DNA from: a virus
Lineage: Duplodnaviria > Caudoviricetes
IMG/VR virus record: IMGVR_UViG_3300011115_000699
Span: 1 to 53,643 of that record
Strand: one strand, 5' to 3'
Length of the DNA stretch: 53,643 bases
Below are positions 21,233-30,618 of the stretch, one piece after another. Position 1 is the first letter of the stretch. Each line of letters begins with the position of its first letter. The notes under the pieces were generated by a model, which made no database searches, was not told where the DNA came from, and saw only the letters and a list, made by a program, of their open reading frames with translations. The position numbers were made by a program, and so were the translations under genes.

Positions 21233-21780
21233 CTAAACGGACACTCCTGGCATAGTGTTACATCACCCGTGCATTGATGTGCGTTCTTCAGTAGGCGCTC
21301 TGCTTCATGTGGTGTCATGCCTTCAGGTACCTTGACTAATTCTACGACTCGTGGATTTACAGGCGTACCCTTCACAGCTGCGACTAACTGATCGTGAGTT
21401 AGCCCACGGTTGGCAGCGTCTTCAAGCACAGCCTTCTGTTCGTTGTGATCCAGACGTGCGACTACGCGATGATGACTCCACGACAATCCAGGTTTCCGGT
21501 TCTCGTGCAGTACTGATCGGCTCACCCACGCAAAGTTAGCCAGGGCCTGGTACGAATGACCAGTAGATTCCATAGCCTGGCTATACTTCTCGCCGTAGGC
21601 AGATGACCCGTAGTTCAAGGCATCACCCAACGCAAACTGGAAAGCTGTCTCAAGTCTACTAAGCGTAGACATCAACCGGCTCCAGTCTTCAAATGCAATA
21701 TCCGATGTAAACACAATGCCTACATCGGATACTCGCACACTATCTGGCATGGACGCTATGCGTACCACCTCGTTATTCAT
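21229..21780 (-). CDS. LmbU-like DNA-binding protein
   Basis: FEDW..QFALGDAL..YGEKYSQA..LSWSHHRVVA motifs. Confidence 0.65.
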   Translation of the reverse strand: MNNEVVRIASMPDSVRVSDVGIVFTSDIAFEDWSRLMSTLSRLETAFQFALGDALNYGSSAYGEKYSQAMESTGHSYQALANFAWVSRSVLHENRKPGLSWSHHRVVARLDHNEQKAVLEDAANRGLTHDQLVAAVKGTPVNPRVVELVKVPEGMTPHEAERLLKNAHQCTGDVTLCQECPFR

Positions 21781-21907
21781 CCCACTTACTCTCTCTCTTG
21801 TTCGTGTAGTCATCTATCTTCGTAGCGATGTATGCAATGACAAACATGGGGGCAAACAAAGTTACCCCCAACACAATCGCGATGATGATTCCTGCTACAT
21901 GAGTCAT
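21773..21907 (-). CDS. Small membrane protein, 44 aa (MTHVAGIIIAIVLG...), absent from ORF track
   Basis: ATGA overlap with the upstream gene stop; one hydrophobic helix; stop overlaps next start. Confidence 0.55.
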   Translation of the reverse strand: MTHVAGIIIAIVLGVTLFAPMFVIAYIATKIDDYTNKRESKWDE

Positions 21908-22500
21908 TCGTCTGATCCAACAGTCTTGATGACGTACTTGGTTTCCTCTGGCGTAATCTCAAAGCCGTGAATGGTTGCAAGTGACGGTTCATCAAACATC
22001 TTCTGCTTGACATCCTCTGGTATCAGGCTGACAAGTACAGATGACTTGACTTTGATCGCACCAGGGCAGTTAACCTGCGCCCAGAACACGCTTGCTTCAT
22101 CATGTCCAACACTCAGCCGTGCTTTACTCTGCCTGATGGCGATGTCACCCCAAGGTGTAGTCAATGTCTTCAGCCGGAGAGATCCGTCTGCCTTGCGTGG
22201 CAAAGCATTCTCTGCATAGCGTCCAAGTTGGTTCTGGTAATTCTGGAGTAACCAGGCTTCACGATTCTGCAATCGCTTCAGCTCACGTTCCTGCTGCTTG
22301 ATAAGCAAGTTGTACCGGGCCTGGACACCAACCTGCTTTGACTTGACATCTGCAATGGCTCGCATGACAGCAAGTGCTTCCTCTTCGGATGTCACTTCAG
22401 GCGCCAACCACTTAGACTTGGGTCCGGCATACTCACCGGTCTCAGGGTGGTACAGATGCACCACCCCGTCCTCTTCAATCTCTACCCAGTCGATGTTCAT
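21904..22500 (-). CDS. Mu Gam-like host-nuclease inhibitor
   Basis: Long N-terminal coiled coil, then KTLTTPWGDIAIR beta motif; adjacent to SSAP. Confidence 0.6.
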   Translation of the reverse strand: MNIDWVEIEEDGVVHLYHPETGEYAGPKSKWLAPEVTSEEEALAVMRAIADVKSKQVGVQARYNLLIKQQERELKRLQNREAWLLQNYQNQLGRYAENALPRKADGSLRLKTLTTPWGDIAIRQSKARLSVGHDEASVFWAQVNCPGAIKVKSSVLVSLIPEDVKQKMFDEPSLATIHGFEITPEETKYVIKTVGSDE

Positions 22501-23144
22501 TCGACCACCTTCACAATCCTGCCTTCGACCAAGCCGTTGATCAACTCGTTCGCTTCCTCAAAGGTCTTACATTCCTTCAGCACACTGGCCGCTGCGTACA
22601 CTGCATCAATCTCGTAGTCTTCACGACCACTGAGCAGCTGATAGATCCGGGCGTTATCTTCTTTTGGCATATCGCCCCAAAGACGAGCGATCTCTGCCTT
22701 GAGCATGGTTCCGCCTTCACGCATCGTGCGCTTTTCCACTGTTGCCTGAGCGGTTATCTTTTTGCGTGTAGTAGTGTCAACTGGCGAATCAACAATGCGT
22801 GGATTCTCTACACCTGGTGTGATCTCGTCGAACTCTGGTGCAAACTGCGTACCATAGCCTAAGATGCCCAGCGCTCTACCAATGGCGCCTGTCTCAGCTT
22901 TCTCTAGCCAATCACCAAAGCCCTTGATGTCTTCCATCTTGGTACCCTGGGCAAGGATGCGTCCGTGCTGATCAGTGATGGTGGCTTTGACGATTGCGTA
23001 CTTAGCCTCTGTATCAATCTTGATGATTTCAGTGGTGATACCCCAATCAGGATGCTCATCACGGAACCAGACAAGACGGAACTTGACTTCGAGATATGAC
23101 TTGCCCTTGAGATTAATCAAGTGATCATTCGGGTTAAACGGCAT
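22497..23144 (-). CDS. Single-strand annealing/recombination protein (Rad52/Sak-like)
   Basis: KGKSYLEVKFRL.WF..EHP, EKAETGAIGRAL..LGYG motifs. Confidence 0.65.
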   Translation of the reverse strand: MPFNPNDHLINLKGKSYLEVKFRLVWFRDEHPDWGITTEIIKIDTEAKYAIVKATITDQHGRILAQGTKMEDIKGFGDWLEKAETGAIGRALGILGYGTQFAPEFDEITPGVENPRIVDSPVDTTTRKKITAQATVEKRTMREGGTMLKAEIARLWGDMPKEDNARIYQLLSGREDYEIDAVYAAASVLKECKTFEEANELINGLVEGRIVKVVE

Positions 23145-23146
23145 AA

Positions 23147-23407
23147 CTAAAACCTCCCAACAAAGTCCTGAATCCAGTTACGTTTTGGTTCGGACACGAT
23201 GACGTTGCGACGAACGTGGATGGCGCCTTTGATAATATTTTCGGCATCCATGCTCATGCGATTGATTGCAGCCAAAGCTTCCTTCACTTCTGGTTCGTCT
23301 GCTTCGTCGGATGACATAAGCATAACCTTCAGTGTGTTCACTCCAAGCAGTAGGTTATGACCTTGGGTCAATAACTCTTCGGCGATATCTGACGCTCTAG
23401 TCTTCAT
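23147..23407 (-). CDS. Hypothetical protein
   Basis: In operon, GGAG SD. Confidence 0.6.
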   Translation of the reverse strand: MKTRASDIAEELLTQGHNLLLGVNTLKVMLMSSDEADEPEVKEALAAINRMSMDAENIIKGAIHVRRNVIVSEPKRNWIQDFVGRF

Positions 23408-24101
23408 TGTTCACTCCCTTTGATAGATTCATAATGCGGATGAGTTCTTCCTCTCGATCACCCACAAGCATCATTACAAACTTTGGATTCAAGGATAACG
23501 TATCCCTGGTGTCGTACGCGTCCCCACGGTACAAGACTGTCTTGTGCGTGACGCTTATATCCATCAATGTTGACTGATGGAATTCAGCTTCATCAAACAC
23601 ATCGCCACCGTAGCCATCTTCGTCCAGTGCGTTGATGACATCAGCAGGATGTCCACCGATGTACAAGGCGCCATCTTTGTCCGTGACCGGCTTGCCATCT
23701 ACGACGGCGTAGGAGACCATTGTGTACGGATCAGGAACCAGCATCCCATTAGGAGACATCAGTACACTCAGTGGCAACCAATCAATCCCGCTGATCACCA
23801 ACTTAACTGTCCCCTTGTAGAGGATGCCGCGCCATTGATGGCAGAGAGTCAACCAGGTTGTCTCTGTAACAGCAAACTCTTCATCGGTATTTACCGTGGT
23901 GTGAGCTTGTGCAAGTGTTATCTGCTCACGGACATCTTCTTCGGTGTCACCACAGATGATGTATTGCAGATCACCTTTGCCTACACAAAATGCTCCAAGG
24001 CGATCACCGCGCTTTGGTGCTGATGCGTAAAAGACTTTGTCTATTGCGCGTTTGTTGACTACGTATTCCCAGTCATCTAGGCTTAGAAAATTCTCTAACA
24101 T
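23397..24101 (-). CDS. Hypothetical protein
   Basis: 234 aa ORF in operon, GGAGG SD. Confidence 0.7.
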   Translation of the reverse strand: MLENFLSLDDWEYVVNKRAIDKVFYASAPKRGDRLGAFCVGKGDLQYIICGDTEEDVREQITLAQAHTTVNTDEEFAVTETTWLTLCHQWRGILYKGTVKLVISGIDWLPLSVLMSPNGMLVPDPYTMVSYAVVDGKPVTDKDGALYIGGHPADVINALDEDGYGGDVFDEAEFHQSTLMDISVTHKTVLYRGDAYDTRDTLSLNPKFVMMLVGDREEELIRIMNLSKGVNNED

Positions 24102-24498
24102 TATTTAGTAAAACCTCCAGGCGTTTAGCCTTCTCCTCCGAACCAAACTTTCGCTCTACATTCAACACGACAGCCAATGCTTCCTCTTCGGAGCGAACAA
24201 TATCTGTCATGTTCATATCTGCCAGGTTCTTTTGTTCTTTACGAACAGCCCCACCTGGCTTCTTCAATTCGAGACCAATACCTACGGGCATTCCCCACCA
24301 TGGCGCATGGATATAAAGATCCGGAGTGCCGATAGTGTTGCCCTGCCAACCAGTAGGATAACTCCAGGCCCGACACCTGGTGCATTGGACTTTGCGGCGA
24401 GCTTTGCCAACTTCCAGCACCGTATATCCCTGCAATACAAGCAACTGCTTGATGGCGTTTTGGATATCTGCTTCAGATCGCTTTATGGTACTATTCAT
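24073..24498 (-). CDS. VRR-NUC (PD-(D/E)xK) nuclease with CxxC insert
   Basis: SEADIQ..I, GTPDL, LELKKPGG..RKEQ; CTRC. Confidence 0.8.
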   Translation of the reverse strand: MNSTIKRSEADIQNAIKQLLVLQGYTVLEVGKARRKVQCTRCRAWSYPTGWQGNTIGTPDLYIHAPWWGMPVGIGLELKKPGGAVRKEQKNLADMNMTDIVRSEEEALAVVLNVERKFGSEEKAKRLEVLLNNVREFSKPR

Positions 24499-24576
24499 TG
24501 GTCACTCCCGACTGTGGTGGTGGGTTCCTCCTACTCCTCGCCCACCACCACATCCTTCTACAGCGTGTAGAAAAGT

Positions 24577-25113
24577 CTACTCCATAACCGCTGCTGTGTC
24601 AACCTGCACGTTGTGACACCATCCCCACAAATACCGGACAATACCGATGCGCAGCTTGTATCTCCGCGCATATTGGTAACCGGCTAGGCGCATTGCTATG
24701 TGTAATGACCTAGCATCCGGCGCCCTTACGATCAACTCCCGCAACCCCAGGTCGTGTTGTACTGCATCAATCCATGCTGCGTATGCAATATGCGGATGAG
24801 TGTTGGCATCCCAGGTATGTGTTGCAGGACGTAGCATACGTGTTCCACGTTTACGCTTGACAACGACACCTCCATAGAATTCCCATTCCATGCGTCTCTT
24901 TGGCTCATCGTGTTTGCCATTCAGCCAGTCAATGATCTGTGCAACAGAAGGTCTGGCACAAGGCGCGGGGATAGAATCGATGAACACCATCCCCGTGCTT
25001 TTGTTTTCCCTCATCACCTCAACGTAGTGCAAGGCGATAAGCTGTGCGACAGTCTGTGAAGACGCCCATTCTCTGCATCCTGGGCGTTGTATACACCAGA
25101 TGTAACTAGCCAA
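24577..25113 (-). CDS. Hypothetical protein
   Basis: In operon, overlaps upstream stop. Confidence 0.55.
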   Translation of the reverse strand: MASYIWCIQRPGCREWASSQTVAQLIALHYVEVMRENKSTGMVFIDSIPAPCARPSVAQIIDWLNGKHDEPKRRMEWEFYGGVVVKRKRGTRMLRPATHTWDANTHPHIAYAAWIDAVQHDLGLRELIVRAPDARSLHIAMRLAGYQYARRYKLRIGIVRYLWGWCHNVQVDTAAVME

Positions 25114-25555
25114 AGTTAGGTTTCACTATGCCTTTTAGGCGATCACGGCAGAAACCACACTTCCAAGGTGGAGTCCAAGTACCTTCCAAGAATCCATCAA
25201 GCAGCTCGTAAAGGTAAGCGACCCGTATCCACTTGTAACTGTTCTCAGTGTATTGATTGCGGATAGCAAACGTATTGAGTGGTCGGCCATCTTCAGTACA
25301 TAACCAAAGCCGGTCACAGTTATCAATCTTCTCTGCAAGTTTGATATCTTTGGCATTCTCATCGGTCAGGATGAAGTTGCATACATCGAGCTTCCATGAC
25401 GGCCAGATCACGGTAACAATGATGTTGTTCTCCTTGACCCCAACCTTTGTACGGAAGTGTTTGTATCCATCAGTGATGGCGATATCTGCATCCAACCTAA
25501 GAGCATTTAGTATTGATTCACTAGCCTGGTGGGCTTCACGAATTGTCATTTCCAA
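25106..25555 (-). CDS. Hypothetical protein
   Basis: GGAGG SD before TTG; C-terminal CxxC. Confidence 0.6.
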   Translation of the reverse strand: MEMTIREAHQASESILNALRLDADIAITDGYKHFRTKVGVKENNIIVTVIWPSWKLDVCNFILTDENAKDIKLAEKIDNCDRLWLCTEDGRPLNTFAIRNQYTENSYKWIRVAYLYELLDGFLEGTWTPPWKCGFCRDRLKGIVKPNFG

Positions 25556-25988
25556 AACGAGCCTCCTTCCGTGCCTTCACGCTGTCATCTGTTTCTGCAT
25601 ACCAATCCATGACGCCGGTATGTTCTTTCTTTAGTCCATCTATGATGCTATGGGTCAGCGTGTGACCCAGGTCAATGAGCAGATGGAGTTCGGCTACTGT
25701 ACTGTAACTGTCATCGATGACATACCCGACCGGCAGGTCAAGGCATTCATTCAATGAGTGATCGTGTTCAGTGATGCTGGCAAACAAACCCAAGTCTGTG
25801 CTGATCTGCAGCTCATTCCGCTCGTTGATCTTGATGCTGGTCTCGTACGACTTTGTTGCTTCCATGTAGTGTGGATTGAGATCGTTAGAGTTGGATTGCA
25901 TAGCGAGTGTGTTGAGCGTTGCAATCATGTGTTGGATTGACTGCACAGCATCTTCGATAGTTACTGCTGGACGTTGTGTGTATTTCAT
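25536..25988 (-). CDS. Hypothetical protein
   Basis: ATGA coupling, AAGGA SD. Confidence 0.6.
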   Translation of the reverse strand: MKYTQRPAVTIEDAVQSIQHMIATLNTLAMQSNSNDLNPHYMEATKSYETSIKINERNELQISTDLGLFASITEHDHSLNECLDLPVGYVIDDSYSTVAELHLLIDLGHTLTHSIIDGLKKEHTGVMDWYAETDDSVKARKEARFGNDNS

Positions 25989-26206
25989 TTGGATTCCTTG
26001 ATCCGTACCTCTCCATCAACAGTGGTGATGTAAACGCGGGTATCACCTTGCTTGTAAGTGACGTACAGAATTGCGCCAGTAGCTGCATTTGAAATGGTTG
26101 TGGCATACGGACTGTTAACTGCAGCCATGAGTGCCTTACCATAGTCATCAAAAACCACATTGCATTCTGGGTATCTGTTTGTGTGAACGATGTACTTGTT
26201 TTCCAT
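25985..26206 (-). CDS. Hypothetical protein
   Basis: GGAG SD; in operon. Confidence 0.6.
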   Translation of the reverse strand: MENKYIVHTNRYPECNVVFDDYGKALMAAVNSPYATTISNAATGAILYVTYKQGDTRVYITTVDGEVRIKESK

Positions 26207-26208
26207 AA

Positions 26209-26604
26209 TTACTTAACTCCAAACCAATATGGCAGATTGTCTACCATAACCTCATGTATCTTAGACATTGACCACTCACGTTCCTTGGCGTCGTAAGCGG
26301 TATTGATCATTGATTCTGCCCAACCGTCAAAGTCGTGTGTGTTATCGAACACGTCATCGAAGTTGACGCTGGTTTGTTCAACGTAGACGCACAGCGAAGT
26401 AAGAAACAAACCTGTGACCAGGTCGTGATCTTCCTCTGAGTTGACATCCAACGTGAGACATTCACCTGCCGTGATGACGGCATCAGTTAGGTCGAGTGCC
26501 AAGCCCCACACATAGGGGGCTGGCTCTGTGTCTTTAGTGTAGTGACCCTGGTCATCCCAGTGATCTGAGAATCCGGACTCCCACTCTACCAAGTCTTTAT
26601 TCAA
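26209..26604 (-). CDS. Acidic hypothetical protein, first gene of the leftward operon
   Basis: GGAGG SD 9 nt before TTG; strongly Asp/Glu-rich. Confidence 0.65.
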   Translation of the reverse strand: MNKDLVEWESGFSDHWDDQGHYTKDTEPAPYVWGLALDLTDAVITAGECLTLDVNSEEDHDLVTGLFLTSLCVYVEQTSVNFDDVFDNTHDFDGWAESMINTAYDAKEREWSMSKIHEVMVDNLPYWFGVK

Positions 26605-26646
26605 ATGTACAAGCCTCCATAACGTACCTCTAAGATTTACAAGGAC

Positions 26647-26675
26647 ATTACATCACCTCTATTCAGACCCCGCAA
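26647..26675 (-). promoter_or_regulatory. Sigma70-type promoter TTGCGG-17-TGTAAT
   Basis: -35 at 26670-26675, -10 at 26647-26652, upstream of the leftward operon. Confidence 0.6.
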
Positions 26676-26842
26676 GCAAGTGTGGGTACTATTTTCAGCC
26701 ATATACATCAGCATTACTTGCTGTGTGTGTGTGCGCTCGCCCGGCGCCGTTGATCCAAGCAGGGAATGCAATATGGGAATTGGTGCTGGAGTGGATGAGG
26801 ATTCCCAGCATCATTATCAGCCATCAATACCTGCGTGTGTGT

Positions 26843-26874
26843 GTGATGGTTCCGAGCGCAGCGAGGAACATCAC
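26843..26874 (+). repeat. GA-GC-GNA-GC-GA DNA hairpin (plus-strand copy)
   Basis: GTGATG-GTTCC-GA-GC-GCA-GC-GA-GGAAC-ATCAC. Confidence 0.7.
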
Positions 26875-27198
26875 CCGGCAGGGTGATCCAGCCCTGGGTG
26901 GCAGGGTGGGAGGGGGGATAGCAGCCCCCTGGCAGCCGTCAGGCGCCCGAAAAGCCCTGGACGCAGCCCAAAGCTGGACGCGGAACCGGCACCGGATCAA
27001 AATCCTGGCAGCCCGACTCCCCCACTCCCCCCCCGGATCGATGTCCCCCTGATTTCGGGCCTGGATCCGGTCCCCCACTCCCCCACCGCGCAGCATACCG
27101 GTCTATTTCGCCCAAATACCGCAGGTATCCCCCTGCCGAGATAATCTGCCAGCCTGGCATATAACGCGCCTATTTGGCGATCCTAGCAGCCCAGACGC

Positions 27199-27230
27199 AA
27201 AAAGATCCGGCACCTGGAAGGCACCGGATC
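27199..27230 (-). terminator. Intrinsic terminator of the island operon
   Basis: GATCCGGTGCCT-TCC-AGGTGCCGGATC followed by TTTTT on the minus strand. Confidence 0.75.
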
Positions 27231-27311
27231 GAGATCGAAGCGGAGAGCTTTATCGGTTATCTCGCTCCAGCTTTATCAGGAGTGACAACCCGGCCCAGAT
27301 CAAGAGCATGA

Positions 27312-28205
27312 TTATAATGTGGATGCTGCACCTACACTTTCACCGGCGCGCCGAATGCGCATTTGAATGAGCTTGGATTTTCCGCCGTGCGCAGCAAATC
27401 CAATCGTGATATTTTTCTCCTTCAAAAAATCATCCTGCCAGCACAGGCGACAGCTCATGCACGTGACGTCTGATTTGCCCGCAGATTTCGCAACCTGCTG
27501 CGGGCATGGCAAAAGCGTACCACCATCCGGAAGCGGTGAAGGTATCGCGCGCCCGGCATCATTGACATCGAACTGATCGACGACCAAAGCTGTCGCATAC
27601 CCTGCTGATTTGGCGGCTGGAATGTCGTCGACGGAATCACACGATGCAAGAATCGAAACACCCTGCCACGATGAACGCGCCACCGAGCGCCACGCATGAG
27701 TATAAGACCAAACAGGCGCACCATGCACCGACTGGTACCGCATAGCAGCAGATGCAACGGTATGCGCCGAATAATCGGAAATGCAATCGCCCACAATGTG
27801 AATACGAAGCGGAAGCGCCGCGTACATTGTCATGCAGTCAATCGCCTGAGCTTCCGCATCCGCTACATCATCCGGCGATACTTGCAAGCCCCCAGCGCCC
27901 AGCGCCGCCACGTTAACCCGGCGCGTGGTGAAAGCACAATGTCCCTCTGTCGCATAACATCCGGCATTGTACAAAGCGCAAGGATTGAGATCCGTTGCAC
28001 GGTAGCCGGGACATGATACCTGTGATGTCCAGGTAACAGCACACGGCCCTGTTTTACCGTCGTCCGTGCCATACACAGGGACAACGAGATCAGCGAGCGG
28101 ATGCGACCGGGATTTCTTCGCCCTTACGAAGGCGATCCGCTCAGTGACAGAGACGCCCGCAGGGATTTGCCATTTCCGAATGGCAGCTACAAGACTAGTA
28201 GACAT
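27312..28205 (-). CDS. Cys-rich putative Fe-S protein (phage gp88-like, radical-SAM-related)
   Basis: SCP..C..GCYA, RIHIVGD, WSYTH, CPQQ..TCMSCRLC, IGFAAHG; start 28205 with GGGAG SD. Confidence 0.6.
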   Translation of the reverse strand: MSTSLVAAIRKWQIPAGVSVTERIAFVRAKKSRSHPLADLVVPVYGTDDGKTGPCAVTWTSQVSCPGYRATDLNPCALYNAGCYATEGHCAFTTRRVNVAALGAGGLQVSPDDVADAEAQAIDCMTMYAALPLRIHIVGDCISDYSAHTVASAAMRYQSVHGAPVWSYTHAWRSVARSSWQGVSILASCDSVDDIPAAKSAGYATALVVDQFDVNDAGRAIPSPLPDGGTLLPCPQQVAKSAGKSDVTCMSCRLCWQDDFLKEKNITIGFAAHGGKSKLIQMRIRRAGESVGAASTL

Positions 28206-28292
28206 AACGTAAATTCTCCCCAAACAAACCCAAAGAATAGCCTACCAGGCACACCCGCAGGTATGCAGCTGGTAGGCATGGAATCCGGATCC

Positions 28293-28508
28293 CTAAACAG
28301 ATCCGGAAAATGTAGCCAACAGAGAATCAAAATCCCCAGCGGCCCAACGGATCAGAATATAGCGCGTGATGTCCCGCGCCGACTTGGTTCCCCAGTATCG
28401 CCCAGGTACGTGATCGATCATGCGCACGGCTATGTATTCGCCGACGCCAGCCGACTGCAAGGACGTACTAACAGACTGCATTTTTCCCCAAATAGATCCC
28501 CGTTGCAT
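28293..28508 (-). CDS. Hypothetical protein
   Basis: ATG directly after upstream TAA. Confidence 0.5.
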   Translation of the reverse strand: MQRGSIWGKMQSVSTSLQSAGVGEYIAVRMIDHVPGRYWGTKSARDITRYILIRWAAGDFDSLLATFSGSV

Positions 28509-29285
28509 TTAGATGTCCCCCTGCCGACCGGGACCCGATGTAGAATCCCAAAGCTCTGCGATATCGCGGAAGATATCCCGGTATGGATGACCCGAGATTC
28601 TACCGGCAGCGCCAAGCTCGCACCATTTGCAGAGGAGAAAGAAATCACCATAAGTGGTGATGTCCCGCATGGTATCTAAATACCGTTGATACGGATCCCA
28701 ATGAGGAGGATCAGCGCAGGTAGCCAACTCATGCACCCGCCCCCAATACCACTCATAAAACGAAGCAACCTGCCCGCGTACAAATTCCCTATGCCATTGA
28801 TCGAGATCGAGAACGCGCCACACGAGAACGCCGGGGAAATAATCCGTTGCATTTGTTTCCCAGTCCCGCCGAGGATCAGTAACGCGATCCGCTGCCGGGA
28901 TAAATTCCGCAGGGATATCGCGGAAACTTGCATCAAGCGCTTTATAGGCGTGACGCGCTTTATCGCAGACGTGCAAACGATCCGCACCTGCAACGATAAC
29001 ACGGCAAAGCTGGTACGCTTGACGGCGAGACAATGCCAACCGCGTACGTGACATCAAGTGATTGACACAGCGTAGCCGATTGAACACGCGCCGTTCCACG
29101 CCGTCGGAAATGGTGGAAGGATGCAAGCTGTCAAGCTTGGAAGGTTCGAAACCCGTAGCCGAGATCATCGACTCCACAGATGCATGGAAATCAGGCGAAC
29201 CCGAACCATACCCGCGAACAGCGAAGATCGATGCAGCCCTAAGCGTAGCGTACCGCGCATCATGCCCAGCGTATTTAAATGCCAT
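28509..29285 (-). CDS. Hypothetical protein
   Basis: Start reassigned to 29285 (AAAGGGG SD plus TACGTTATG). Confidence 0.65.
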   Translation of the reverse strand: MAFKYAGHDARYATLRAASIFAVRGYGSGSPDFHASVESMISATGFEPSKLDSLHPSTISDGVERRVFNRLRCVNHLMSRTRLALSRRQAYQLCRVIVAGADRLHVCDKARHAYKALDASFRDIPAEFIPAADRVTDPRRDWETNATDYFPGVLVWRVLDLDQWHREFVRGQVASFYEWYWGRVHELATCADPPHWDPYQRYLDTMRDITTYGDFFLLCKWCELGAAGRISGHPYRDIFRDIAELWDSTSGPGRQGDI

Positions 29286-29346
29286 AACGTAAACCCCTTT
29301 ATAGAATCCCTGCCAGGTGAAGCCCAGCAGGGATAGAACGACGAAG

Positions 29347-29889
29347 CTAATCGATGCGAGATCCGGAAGTAATCTCAATTTTTGACGTAGCCGGGAAATC
29401 CTGGCCCCAGTCATCGATTGACTCGCGCAGCGATTCTACAAACGCATCCGCAAATGCCCGTTTGCGATCATAAGACTGCCCAAACTCGCGAACCCACAGA
29501 GAAAGCCCGGTGCCAGAGTATGAAGGAGAAAAGCCCGCATCGATGAACGCTTGACGCATCAAGCCCCGCGCGCCCTTCACATTTACCCATGCAAATCCAC
29601 AAATACCAGAATGCACATAGAAAGCTTCACGGTTCGAGGGGCATTGTTGAGTAATCCAGCCTATAGGTTCGACAGTGACTGTAGATGCAGCTCGCGTACC
29701 TTCCGAGGTAGCATTTGCCACGCTATCGGTAATAAGGGAATGCAAGAGCTCGCGATCAAATGCGCGCTCAGCGGATTTCTTCGAGATCATCGAGCGCCAC
29801 GCCGCGGCAGCTTCGCGCTTGTGAACAGCGCAGTATTTAGAACGCGCAGCAGTATGAAGGTTACAACCCTCAGATGCACAGGTAGACAT
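29347..29889 (-). CDS. Conserved phage protein (CGFAWV family) with N-terminal C-C-C-H finger
   Basis: GICGFAWV..QSYDRKRAFA..SRID pattern recalled from phage hypotheticals; CASEGC..YCAVH. Confidence 0.7.
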   Translation of the reverse strand: MSTCASEGCNLHTAARSKYCAVHKREAAAAWRSMISKKSAERAFDRELLHSLITDSVANATSEGTRAASTVTVEPIGWITQQCPSNREAFYVHSGICGFAWVNVKGARGLMRQAFIDAGFSPSYSGTGLSLWVREFGQSYDRKRAFADAFVESLRESIDDWGQDFPATSKIEITSGSRID

Positions 29890-29931
29890 AACGTAAATTC
29901 TCCCAACTTCAAAACAGAATCGAACAGAGAC

Positions 29932-29960
29932 ATATTACAGGCGAGATTGTAACCCCGCAA
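29932..29960 (-). promoter_or_regulatory. Sigma70-type promoter TTGCGG-17-TAATAT
   Basis: -35 at 29955-29960, -10 at 29932-29937; shares CTTGCGGGGT with the 26670 promoter. Confidence 0.6.
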
Positions 29961-30161
29961 GTAATAAGGCAAACGATTTGCCCGGAGGTTCCCAGGTTAT
30001 AAGACGGCTAAGGCATCGGATCCCGATCAATGGAGTAAATCTAAGGGTGATTTGTATTGGATTTTGATGCAGCTAACGCCAAATATTTACCAGCGATTTG
30101 TATAGCATCATTACCTGCGGTGTATATCTGTAATGCCAACCAGGGGATATTTTGCCCTCAA

Positions 30162-30251
30162 AAAATCGATTTTGTACTGCAAGCCCGCGCCTACTGCCGA
30201 GCAGCTGCAAGCGCCTAAAACGCCCCCGCAAAAATCGATTTTGAACTGCAA
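30162..30251. repeat. Direct repeat of palindrome AAAATCGATTTT plus G(T/A)ACTGCAA
   Basis: Copies at 30162 and 30231, 69-bp period. Confidence 0.7.
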
Positions 30252-30389
30252 AGCGCCCCTGTCATCTGTTCAGCTCGCGATCCTGCAGCGCTGCAGCTCA
30301 GAAAAAATACCGGAACGGATCAATACTACGCCGGAATGCGGCAGCCCTTGTGTTAGCACAGCACCAGGCCCCCCAGTCGGGTTCCAGGA

Positions 30390-30618
30390 ACCTTCGCATA
30401 CGCTCAGGTACCGTATTGTCTGTGTACGCAAAGCAAAGGGTAGGAACGAGATACCAGGTTCGCTACGCTCACCTGTTGAGGGGAACCACACACCCTGTGT
30501 AGCCGATAAGGCACCCCCCTCCCCGTTCCAATCCCCTTCGCTACGCTCAGGGTCTGTAAAAGGTAACACGCTCAGTTGTGTGGGAGGAGACAGTGCCGTG
30601 TCACTACGTTCCCCGGCA
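30390..30618 (-). repeat. Cluster of four GA-flanked GNA-loop DNA hairpins
   Basis: 30390-30409 (4-nt GTAT loop variant), 30455-30475, 30534-30552, 30594-30618; different but paired lower stems. Confidence 0.75.

Noticed and set aside
26680-27160. Pro/Gly-rich ORFs in the left spacer
   Set aside because: Arise from G/C runs that lack stop codons.
27240-27305. Hammerhead-like RNA on minus strand (GGTTGTC..CTGATAA..GAGATAACC)
   Set aside because: Two core positions deviate (CUGAUAA, GAGA) and stem I is missing; an ordinary hairpin explains it.
30390-30618. CRISPR mini-array
   Set aside because: Repeats conserve structure rather than sequence, spacing is irregular, and no cas genes are present.
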